Positions 55,884 to 64,000 of a stretch of DNA of 64,000 nt are shown one piece after another (positions within the stretch are counted from its first letter, which is position 1; each line of letters opens with the position of its first letter). Under the pieces are notes generated by a model. That model made no database searches, was not told the origin of the DNA, and was given only the letters and a program-made list of their open reading frames with translations. This DNA is from a virus. The stretch spans positions 10,923 through 74,922 of IMG/VR virus record IMGVR_UViG_3300028197_000982, one strand, 5' to 3'. The translations under genes and the position numbers were made by a program.

Positions 55884-58790
55884 ATGGCAGGATTTTCAAT
55901 TAATGAAGTAAATAAGTTAACCTTTAAAGTACAAGCTGCTGGGGTTATTGATGCTTCTGCTGGGGCAAGATGGTATGAGTCTTCATTAGCGTTTAGCCCT
56001 AATATAAAAGATACTACCAGAGTATTAAAAGATTATAATTTAATACCAGCTGCTAATTTACCAGCCGATGCTGTTGCTAATGCAGTTGCAGATCCTACTA
56101 ACATATCTGATTTATCAGCTAAGGCTAGCGCGTCTAAGCTTGATCAAGTATATGCATTTAATAATTCTACTTGGATCGCATATAATACACCAGGTGATAC
56201 AACGACAGGATTTAAAAACAATTGGATCTTACCAGCATCTATACCACAAGCAAACGGTAATCCATCAAACGGATATGGTATTAAATTATGGAGTGGTGAT
56301 CCTGGTTCAGGTACCCAAGGCGTAGATTATGAAGAAATTACACCAACTGCCGGTCAAGGTCTTTCTCCAGAGTATGTAGGTTGGGTATTTAATTATGACC
56401 AAGGTTTATTATTTATATCTGATTTTTTACAAGGTCTTATTGATGCTGGTGGTTCTACTTATCCAGGTACGGTTGGTGGAAATTATAATTTATATGTTAC
56501 TGGGTTTAGATACATTGGTGCAACTGGTGTTGGTGGTGGTGGTGCAGATGTTACTGCTGGTGACGGTATCAGAATAGATGATCTTACTAGTGGTACTAAA
56601 GAAATTAATGTTGATATTGATCCTACATCTAATTTATTTTTTAATACAGCAAATGAATTATCAGTAAGTGGTGCAAGTGGTGAGGTTGAGGTTGCAAATT
56701 CGCAAGGTGATGGATCAGCTGCTTCTTTTTTAAGTGGCGATTATACTAAATTTAATTTTGTGGATGGTGATAGTAATGGTACTGTATTTGCAATGGAAGA
56801 TGCAAATGATTCAAATCAGGTAAATGTATTTTTTCCAGCACCACCAGCTCCAGCATATCCTCCATATTTTAATGTGGCCGCTGGTGTAATTTCAGTTAAC
56901 AATACTACAGTTCAAGGCAGAATTGCAATACCTAATACAACATTAACAGGTACTTCTGGTGGAAATTATTTAGATGGTGGTTGGTCAGGTTCTAATACAT
57001 TAAGAAATGTTTATTTAAGATCAGCACAAAATATTATACCTTTTGGTACAGGAAATTATTCTGCTCCGGTTAAGGTTAGAGGTTTTAGTGGACCTGAAGG
57101 TGCTGGTGACAGTTCTATTACTGTATCAGTTTACGATGCAGATGGAACTACTCAATTAGATACTTTTACTATTAATAATATAACTGCAGATGGTACATAT
57201 ACTGAACCAACAAGAGGTGATATTGAAATTATTATTTCAAATTATGCTACTATTATAAATCCTTATGAACCACAAGATGTTTATCAAGCAGGTGTTAAAG
57301 TAAATATTATTACAGGTAATACCGCTGCTGCACCAGGTGTTGGTGCAGGTATTTTTAATAATACAACAATACCTAGAGATGGTGGAAAGCTTACTGTTGA
57401 AATATCAATGGTTGCTGATACTAATACTACATCAGTAGTACCATCACCTGGGCCTAACACATATACTTATACATTATTTGCAGATCAAAACCCAAATACA
57501 CCTAGTGTGTCAAATGCGGCAGTAACAATACCAACAGTTACTACATCTGTAACAAGAACTATTAGTGGTATAAAATATTTTACTGCAGGTACTCAATTAG
57601 ATACTACAATCGATGATATAGAATTGCTAAACGGTAATGTTATTAAAACAGGAAATATTAGTATATCTCTAGATGATTGGTCTGTAAGTGCTTTAACGTT
57701 AACTGATACTTCTTTTAATACAACTTCAGGTAATATTGTAGCCCCTGCTGGTGGAGATTTAAATGATTGGGATCAGACGTTTTTTGATTATGATACAACT
57801 AATCCTTCGGCATTTACAATTGCAAGTAGTAATTATAGATTTAGGAGTGATGGTGGAGAAGCATCATTTACAGTAAGAGATCCATGGACTAATAATATAG
57901 GCCCAGTTACATCTGCAACAAAAAAGATTTTAGTAGATGTTGGTTATCAATCATCAACTGCTACTTTAGAAAGATTTGAAAATGAAGATGGTTCTAATGC
58001 TAGATTATTTAGAGATTCTAGTGGTATTAATTATACTGCATGGGATAGTACTAAATCTTTATTGGATGTTACACAATCCTCAAATAGTAGAGCTGGTGGT
58101 TCTCAAGAGAATTTATGCTTGGTAGGCGGTGAAGGTATTGCAATGTCAGACTTCTATGGAGATAACGGCGGTTCTCCACAAATAGGAACAATTATAGCAG
58201 GAGATCTTTCAAATTATGAACCTACAGGCAACCCTAATTATAATGGTCAAACCGCGGTTCCAGTTTTTCATAGAAAATGGACACCTAGTGGAACTGGTGT
58301 TGTTGATTTTAACTTAACATTTACTGGAGATTCTGGAATTAGTGCAGACTTTAGTACTGCTTTAGCAAATAACCAACTTAAGATTTATATATTTCCATTA
58401 GGTTCACCAGCAAACGGTAATTTAAATAATAATCCAAATACTCCAGGTATAGCATATACTTTCTTACCAACATATTTAGATGGTAACTTAGGAGCTAGGC
58501 CTGCAAATAATGATCAATATGCATTAGCAGTTCACGGAGGTTTAAGAAGCGGTCCTGCGTATAGTGCAGGTGGATGGATTCCACCAAACGGCATTTTAGC
58601 ACCACAGACATATACAGGTTTAGATACTTTACAAACAAGAATTGCAAAAACATATAACGGTAATACTGTTGAGTGTACATTTGGAAATAGTAGTAATGTT
58701 GCAACTGGTGGAATGTATATGGAAATAAGATTGGAGGATAAAACAATTAGATTAGGTAGCATATCTTTTACAAAAGTATCAGGACCATAA
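55884..58790 (+). CDS. Putative fibre/virion protein, paralogue 2
   Basis: GFS...KLTFKVQA, WVFNYDQGLL and YVTGFRYIGATG N-terminal domain; Thr/Gly/Asn-rich body. Confidence 0.75.
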   Translation: MAGFSINEVNKLTFKVQAAGVIDASAGARWYESSLAFSPNIKDTTRVLKDYNLIPAANLPADAVANAVADPTNISDLSAKASASKLDQVYAFNNSTWIAYNTPGDTTTGFKNNWILPASIPQANGNPSNGYGIKLWSGDPGSGTQGVDYEEITPTAGQGLSPEYVGWVFNYDQGLLFISDFLQGLIDAGGSTYPGTVGGNYNLYVTGFRYIGATGVGGGGADVTAGDGIRIDDLTSGTKEINVDIDPTSNLFFNTANELSVSGASGEVEVANSQGDGSAASFLSGDYTKFNFVDGDSNGTVFAMEDANDSNQVNVFFPAPPAPAYPPYFNVAAGVISVNNTTVQGRIAIPNTTLTGTSGGNYLDGGWSGSNTLRNVYLRSAQNIIPFGTGNYSAPVKVRGFSGPEGAGDSSITVSVYDADGTTQLDTFTINNITADGTYTEPTRGDIEIIISNYATIINPYEPQDVYQAGVKVNIITGNTAAAPGVGAGIFNNTTIPRDGGKLTVEISMVADTNTTSVVPSPGPNTYTYTLFADQNPNTPSVSNAAVTIPTVTTSVTRTISGIKYFTAGTQLDTTIDDIELLNGNVIKTGNISISLDDWSVSALTLTDTSFNTTSGNIVAPAGGDLNDWDQTFFDYDTTNPSAFTIASSNYRFRSDGGEASFTVRDPWTNNIGPVTSATKKILVDVGYQSSTATLERFENEDGSNARLFRDSSGINYTAWDSTKSLLDVTQSSNSRAGGSQENLCLVGGEGIAMSDFYGDNGGSPQIGTIIAGDLSNYEPTGNPNYNGQTAVPVFHRKWTPSGTGVVDFNLTFTGDSGISADFSTALANNQLKIYIFPLGSPANGNLNNNPNTPGIAYTFLPTYLDGNLGARPANNDQYALAVHGGLRSGPAYSAGGWIPPNGILAPQTYTGLDTLQTRIAKTYNGNTVECTFGNSSNVATGGMYMEIRLEDKTIRLGSISFTKVSGP
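56754..57217 (+). repeat. Near-identical DNA blocks shared with 60085-60566
   Basis: 43 nt exact 56754-96 = 60085-127; 92 nt with 3 mismatches 56923-57014 vs 60254-345; 42 nt exact 57176-217 = 60525-66. Confidence 0.85.
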
Positions 58791-58833
58791 TAAAGTTGAA
58801 TAAATAAAACAATAATAAAAATAAAAACTCTAA

Positions 58834-61800
58834 ATGGGCTTTAGTGCAGCAGACATACGAAAATTAGTATTTAAGGTACAGGCAGGTAATGTTATTGATG
58901 CCGATACTGGTTTCTTTTGGTATCAATCAAATCTAGAAAATAAACCTGCGGTTAAAACTGGTAGGCTTATTAGTCAAACCGACTGGGATGTTATACTTGC
59001 TAATCAACCAACATCGGCTCTTATGGGTGATGCTGGTTCACTGTCTGTCATGACGGCAACAGGTAATGCGTTAGACGGTTATGTTGGTAATGAATGGGGT
59101 ACAAGTACAGGTTATACACCAGATGATACTCCTATTGCTGATAGAAACTCAACACAATTAAGTAAAGTCGTTACAGATAATCCTAATACTTATATTGCTT
59201 ACACTAATTATAATGATCCTTCTAGTGGAGTTAAGGATTTATGGATTAATCCTGCTGGTGTTACTACTACATCTGGTGCTAAAAACAGTTTATATGAAAT
59301 TGAATTATGGAGTGGTGATCCAAAGACTCAAGCTAATGCAAAGTATATTCCAAATAATATTGGAGAAAGTGCTGTTGCTGGCTGGGTATGGAATTATGAC
59401 CAAGGATTACTCCTTGTTTCCGATAGCTTAATTAGTATAGTAGGAGGTACTGCAGGTAATGCAACTTATCCTAACGGTACTGATTTTTGGGTTAGAGGTT
59501 GGAGATATATTGGGGCGACTGGTGCTGGGTCTGGGAGTGATATAGAAATATTAGAAGGTGGTGTTTCTAAAACAACCGCTGTTAAAGATATAGATTTTAC
59601 TGGTGCTGGTGTTACTGTTACTGCTACTGGTACAGGTGGAGAAAATATAGAAGTAAATATACCATCAGGTACAGGACCACAAGGTGTACAAGGAATTACA
59701 GGAGCCCAAGGAATTCAAGGCATAACTGGAACTCAAGGTATTCAAGGTATAACTGGTACTCAAGGTATTCAAGGTATTCAAGGAGAAACTGGTACTCAAG
59801 GTATTCAAGGTATAACTGGAGCCCAAGGTGTACAGGGTGTACAAGGTGTACAAGGTAATGATGGTGCTGCAAATATACAAGCAGGTGAAGGAATAAGAAT
59901 AGATTCAGTTACTGGTGGCATTGATGAAATTAATGTTAATATTGATTCTACTTCAAATTTATTTTTTAATTCAGCTAATGAATTATCAGTAACTGGAGGC
60001 ACCGGAAGTGGCGCAGTTGAAATAGCAAACTCTCAAGGCGATGGTACTTCTGAATCTTTTTTAACTGGTGATTTTACTAAATTAAATTTTGTGGATGGTG
60101 ATAGTAATGGTACTGTATTTGCAATGGCTGATGCTACCGATCCAGATCAGGTAAATGTATTTTTTCCTGCACCACCTGAACCAAGTTACCCACCTTACTT
60201 TAATAGATCAGGTGCAAATATTAGTGAAAATAATTTTCCTGGTAATTATAGAGTTGCAATACCTAATACAACATTAACAGGTACTAGTGGTGGAAATTAT
60301 TTAGACGGTGGTTGGTCAGGTTCTAATACATTAAGAAATGTTTATAAAAGGGTGGATCAAAATATAATTACTTATGGTACAGGTAACTTTAGTAGTCCTG
60401 TGCTTGTAAGAGGGTTTAGTGGACCTGAAGGGGCAGGTGATAGTTCCATAACGGTAACTGTTCATGATGCTGATTATGTAAACCAGGGTACTCCTGGCAC
60501 TACATTAGATACATTTACAATTAGTAATATAACTGCAGATGGTACATATACTGAACCAACAAGAGGAGACATAAAAATTATTATTTCAAATTATGCTACT
60601 ATTATAAATCCTTATAATACACAAGATGTTTATCAAGCTAAAGTTAAGGTTGAAGTTATTACTGGTAGTACCTCAGCTGCTGCTGGTGTTGGTGCAGGTA
60701 TTTTTAATAATACAACAATACCGAGAGACGGTGGAAAATTCTCAGTAAGCATGATTATGGTTGCTGATACTAATACTACCTCGGTTAATCCACCTGCACA
60801 AAATTTACCTGCATATTATGACTTTACTGTATTTGCTGATGAAAATCCAAATACACCTAGTTTCGGTGCTGGTGCGGTGGTTGAATTTCCTACTGTAGAT
60901 ACATCAGTATTTAGATATATCAGCGGTGTAAAATATTATACAACAGGTACAAAGCTGTCTACTGCTGTTGATGAAATAGTAGATTTAAATGGTAATTCAA
61001 TTTTATCAAGTAATATTAAGTTTTCAATAGACGATTGGTCATCTGGTAATTTAACTTTATCTGATACTTCATATTCTTTATCAAGCGGTACAATATCTTT
61101 ACCTAGTGGTGGTGATGTAAATGATTGGGACCAAGCTGATATTGATTATGATACTAATTCAAATGCATTTACTCTATCTAGTACAAATTGGAGATTTAGA
61201 GCTAATGGTGGTGATGCAACATGTACTATTGGAGATCCTTGGAATCTATCTTCCGCTACTAAAGTTTCAGGTACTGCTTTAATGCTTATTGATAATGGAA
61301 GCCAAAGTTCATCTACTTCAACAATTGAAAGATTTAACTTTGAAACAGAAAGACTTTACAGAAATACTTCATCAACGACAGCATTCTCACTTTATACAAG
61401 TTGGGATAATACTAAAACACTAGCGGATGGTACACAAGCACCAAATAGTAGAGTAACCGGTAGCTTTGATAATATATGTTTTGTTGGTGGTAGTGGTATT
61501 GTACCTGCAAACTTTTATGCTGATAATGGAAACAGTGCTCAAACTGGTACTGTTATATCTGCAAACTTATCTTCTTATATACCTACAGGTAATCAAAATC
61601 TTAATTCATTAACTGATACACCAGTATTTCATAGAAAGTTTTTAAATGGTGTGGATGTAGTAACGTGGGATTTTACTGCAAGCGGTTCTTTTGGAACAAG
61701 TGGTAATTTTACGCAAGCATTACTTGACGAAAATATTAAAATATATGTATGGGCTGCAGGTGCAAATGTAAATCTTGCTAGAAACGCGGATCCTAACACA

Positions 61801-62136
61801 GGCTCGGACTATACTTACTTACCTACTTATAATGATGGTAACCCTGGTGGTGGAACATACCCTGATTGGCAAAATAGTTATACAATGGCTTGTCACGGTG
61901 GGGCAAATAGTCAATGGAGTGCAGGTGGATGGATAGGTCCTGCTACACCAGCGGCATTTACTGGGCTAGATACACCAGAAACTAGAATGATGCAAACAAC
62001 ACAATCATCAGGAAATACTGCAAGGTTTACTTTTGGTGATGCATCTAATGTAGCAATAGGTGGTTTTTATGTAGAGATACAATTAATAGATACAACTATT
62101 AGGCTAACTCAATTAACAGCAACAAAAATTAATTAA
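58834..62136 (+). CDS. Putative fibre/virion protein, paralogue 3, with short collagen tract
   Basis: MGFSAADIRKLVFKVQAGNVIDAD, WVWNYDQGLL; Gly-X-Y tract at ~59674-59865. Confidence 0.75.
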   Translation: MGFSAADIRKLVFKVQAGNVIDADTGFFWYQSNLENKPAVKTGRLISQTDWDVILANQPTSALMGDAGSLSVMTATGNALDGYVGNEWGTSTGYTPDDTPIADRNSTQLSKVVTDNPNTYIAYTNYNDPSSGVKDLWINPAGVTTTSGAKNSLYEIELWSGDPKTQANAKYIPNNIGESAVAGWVWNYDQGLLLVSDSLISIVGGTAGNATYPNGTDFWVRGWRYIGATGAGSGSDIEILEGGVSKTTAVKDIDFTGAGVTVTATGTGGENIEVNIPSGTGPQGVQGITGAQGIQGITGTQGIQGITGTQGIQGIQGETGTQGIQGITGAQGVQGVQGVQGNDGAANIQAGEGIRIDSVTGGIDEINVNIDSTSNLFFNSANELSVTGGTGSGAVEIANSQGDGTSESFLTGDFTKLNFVDGDSNGTVFAMADATDPDQVNVFFPAPPEPSYPPYFNRSGANISENNFPGNYRVAIPNTTLTGTSGGNYLDGGWSGSNTLRNVYKRVDQNIITYGTGNFSSPVLVRGFSGPEGAGDSSITVTVHDADYVNQGTPGTTLDTFTISNITADGTYTEPTRGDIKIIISNYATIINPYNTQDVYQAKVKVEVITGSTSAAAGVGAGIFNNTTIPRDGGKFSVSMIMVADTNTTSVNPPAQNLPAYYDFTVFADENPNTPSFGAGAVVEFPTVDTSVFRYISGVKYYTTGTKLSTAVDEIVDLNGNSILSSNIKFSIDDWSSGNLTLSDTSYSLSSGTISLPSGGDVNDWDQADIDYDTNSNAFTLSSTNWRFRANGGDATCTIGDPWNLSSATKVSGTALMLIDNGSQSSSTSTIERFNFETERLYRNTSSTTAFSLYTSWDNTKTLADGTQAPNSRVTGSFDNICFVGGSGIVPANFYADNGNSAQTGTVISANLSSYIPTGNQNLNSLTDTPVFHRKFLNGVDVVTWDFTASGSFGTSGNFTQALLDENIKIYVWAAGANVNLARNADPNTGSDYTYLPTYNDGNPGGGTYPDWQNSYTMACHGGANSQWSAGGWIGPATPAAFTGLDTPETRMMQTTQSSGNTARFTFGDASNVAIGGFYVEIQLIDTTIRLTQLTATKIN

Positions 62137-62150
62137 AAATAAAGATAACA

Positions 62151-62333
62151 ATGAAACCAATATTTGATCGAACAATTGTTTTAAAATTAGAAAAAGATTC
62201 ACCAGTATGTAATCTTTCTATTAGGTCTTCTGAAAATGAAGTAAGAGTCATTAAAGTTAGCAGAGTAGAAATTGACAAATTAGTAGCAGAGTATTTAGCT
62301 TTTACTGAAACTGAACAAAATTCTAGTAAATAA
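62151..62333 (+). CDS. Small hypothetical protein
   Basis: 60-aa ORF filling the intergenic gap, with an A-rich leader. Confidence 0.55.
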   Translation: MKPIFDRTIVLKLEKDSPVCNLSIRSSENEVRVIKVSRVEIDKLVAEYLAFTETEQNSSK

Positions 62334-62355
62334 ATAATAAAATAAAGAGTACTCC

Positions 62356-64000
62356 ATGGGCTTTAGTGCAGCAGACATAAAAAAATTAACGTTTAAGGTA
62401 CAGGCAGGTAATGTCATAGATGCAGATACACTATTTTACTGGTATCAATCAAATCTTGCAAATAATCCAACGCTTAAATCTGGTAGAATTATTAGCCAAA
62501 CAGATTTTGATGTAATCACAAATCTTTCAAATCAACCTGATACATTTAATAATCAAACTACAGGTGGTGGAGTAGGTAGTACATCTCTTTTGTACTTAAC
62601 CCAACCTGGTAATGCATTAGCTAATGTAGTAAAAAATGAATGGGGTACTAGTACAGGGGCCTCACCAGGCGACACTCCAATAACTAGCAGATTTGCAACA
62701 AGACTACAACAAGTAATACCTTCTTCAGATAAAACTTGGGTTGCTTATAATACATACGGTGATCCTACGTCTGGTAGAAAAGATATGTGGATAGGCCCTG
62801 CTTCTGTTCCTAGGGCTGATGGTTCAAAGAATGTTTATTATAAAATAGAATTATGGAATGGGGATCCAACACAAGCAGGTTCTACTAAAATAGATGAAAC
62901 TCAATCACAAGGTAGTGGATCCTCCCCAACAGCTGCATGGGTATGGAATTATGATCAAGGTTTATTATTGACTTCACAATCGCTAATGAGCTTTGTTGGT
63001 TCTAATCCAGATTTTTATGTTAGAGGTTGGAGATATGACGGAGCAACTGGCGGTGGCGGTAGTGGTACACAAGGAACACAAGGAGAAACTGGAGCTCAAG
63101 GTATAACTGGAGCTCAAGGTATAACTGGTTCTCAAGGAGAACAAGGTATTCAAGGTTCAACTGGTACACAAGGAGAAACTGGAGCTCAAGGTATAACTGG
63201 TTCTCAAGGAGAACAAGGTATTCAAGGTTCAACTGGTACACAAGGAGAAACTGGAGCTCAAGGTATAACTGGAGCTCAAGGTATAACTGGTATTCAAGGA
63301 GAACAAGGTATTCAAGGTTCAACTGGTACACAAGGTGAAACCGGTTCTCAAGGAACAATAGGAACACAAGGTGTACAAGGTATAACTGGTACTCAAGGGG
63401 AAACTGGAACTCAAGGAGAACAAGGAACTCAAGGAGAACAAGGAACTCAAGGTGTACAAGGTATAATTGGTGAAACTGGTTCTCAAGGAGAACAAGGAGC
63501 TCAAGGTATTCAAGGTATAACTGGTGCTCAAGGTATTCAAGGTACAATTGGTGAAACTGGTGCTCAAGGTGAAACTGGTTCTCAAGGAGAACAAGGAACT
63601 CAAGGTACTCAAGGAGAAACTGGGTCTCAAGGTATTCAAGGTACAATTGGTGAAACTGGTTCTCAAGGAACTCAAGGTATAACCGGTTCTCAAGGTGAAA
63701 CTGGTACTCAAGGTGAAACTGGTACTCAAGGAGAACAAGGAACTCAAGGTATTCAAGGTATAACTGGTGCTCAAGGTGTACAAGGTACAATTGGTGAAAC
63801 TGGTTCTCAAGGAGAACAAGGAACTCAAGGTATTCAAGGTATAACTGGTGCTCAAGGTGTACAAGGTACCATTGGTGAAACTGGTGCTCAAGGTGAAACT
63901 GGTTCTCAAGGAGAACAAGGAACTCAAGGTATTCAAGGTATAACTGGTGCTCAAGGTATTCAAGGTACAATTGGTGAAACTGGTGCTCAAGGTGAAACTG
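62356..64000 (+). CDS. Collagen-like fibre protein, paralogue 4, 3'-truncated (absent from the ORF track because it has no stop in the window)
   Basis: ATG at 62356: MGFSAADIKKLTFKVQAGNVIDAD...WVWNYDQGLL...YVRGWRYDGATGGGGSG, then about 310 aa of Gly-X-Y to the window end; AATAAATA at 62329. Confidence 0.9.
   Translation, partial: MGFSAADIKKLTFKVQAGNVIDADTLFYWYQSNLANNPTLKSGRIISQTDFDVITNLSNQPDTFNNQTTGGGVGSTSLLYLTQPGNALANVVKNEWGTSTGASPGDTPITSRFATRLQQVIPSSDKTWVAYNTYGDPTSGRKDMWIGPASVPRADGSKNVYYKIELWNGDPTQAGSTKIDETQSQGSGSSPTAAWVWNYDQGLLLTSQSLMSFVGSNPDFYVRGWRYDGATGGGGSGTQGTQGETGAQGITGAQGITGSQGEQGIQGSTGTQGETGAQGITGSQGEQGIQGSTGTQGETGAQGITGAQGITGIQGEQGIQGSTGTQGETGSQGTIGTQGVQGITGTQGETGTQGEQGTQGEQGTQGVQGIIGETGSQGEQGAQGIQGITGAQGIQGTIGETGAQGETGSQGEQGTQGTQGETGSQGIQGTIGETGSQGTQGITGSQGETGTQGETGTQGEQGTQGIQGITGAQGVQGTIGETGSQGEQGTQGIQGITGAQGVQGTIGETGAQGETGSQGEQGTQGIQGITGAQGIQGTIGETGAQGET
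63064..64000 (+). repeat. Collagen-coding 9-bp-unit degenerate tandem repeat with higher-order duplications
   Basis: Units such as caaggtatt, caaggtgaa and actggtgct; recurrent block ggtgaaactggttctcaaggagaacaagga. Confidence 0.9.

Noticed and set aside
56754-60566. Duplicated blocks as a DGR template/variable repeat pair
   Set aside because: Mismatches are not adenine-specific (TCT/AGT, GAT/GAC), both copies are mid-gene, and there is no reverse transcriptase in the window.
63020-63990. 316-aa and 223-aa minus-strand ORFs
   Set aside because: Antisense shadows of the + strand collagen gene starting at 62356.
63064-64000. Repeat array as a possible CRISPR
   Set aside because: In-frame 9-bp-unit coding repeats with no unique spacers and no cas genes.
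1-64000. Stop-codon reassignment as in some jumbo phages
   Set aside because: Long genes are intact in code 11, and TAG/TGA occur at plausible gene ends (e.g. 20419, 39872, 51947).
1-64000. tRNA or rRNA genes
   Set aside because: Intergenic gaps are short and AT-rich; no cloverleaf or T-loop signature was seen by eye. tRNAscan-SE would confirm.

Overview
AT-rich, densely coding 64-kb segment of a large T4-superfamily-like (jumbo myovirus) phage genome. Essentially every real gene is on the + strand and reads cleanly in code 11. In order: a 5'-truncated collagen-like fibre gene; small hypothetical genes; a contractile-tail baseplate/neck module (gp53-, gp27-, gp5-, gp13-, gp25-, gp6-, gp7-like) interrupted by a 4-domain ribosomal protein S1 homologue and an amidoligase; very large putative virion proteins, one with an internal Hint domain; a possible spanin; a tail-tube-fold protein; RuvC, GroES, gp32, gp61 primase, UvsY and UvsW. 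Next comes a cluster of proteins with T4 capsid-targeting-like leaders and I/L-x-E protease-like sites, including an intact and a degenerate RNA-ligase-fold protein, a possible PD-(D/E)xK domain and an HxGH nucleotidyltransferase. The window ends with four tandem paralogous fibre genes, the last running off the end in a long collagen repeat. Two promoter classes are visible (AAAC-N17/18-TATAAT and a late-type AATA(A/T)ATA), and some late-type promoters sit inside hairpins that would hide the next start codon. A-rich leaders without Shine-Dalgarno motifs tentatively suggest a Bacteroidota host. All family assignments are by eye from motifs and synteny; no database search was run.
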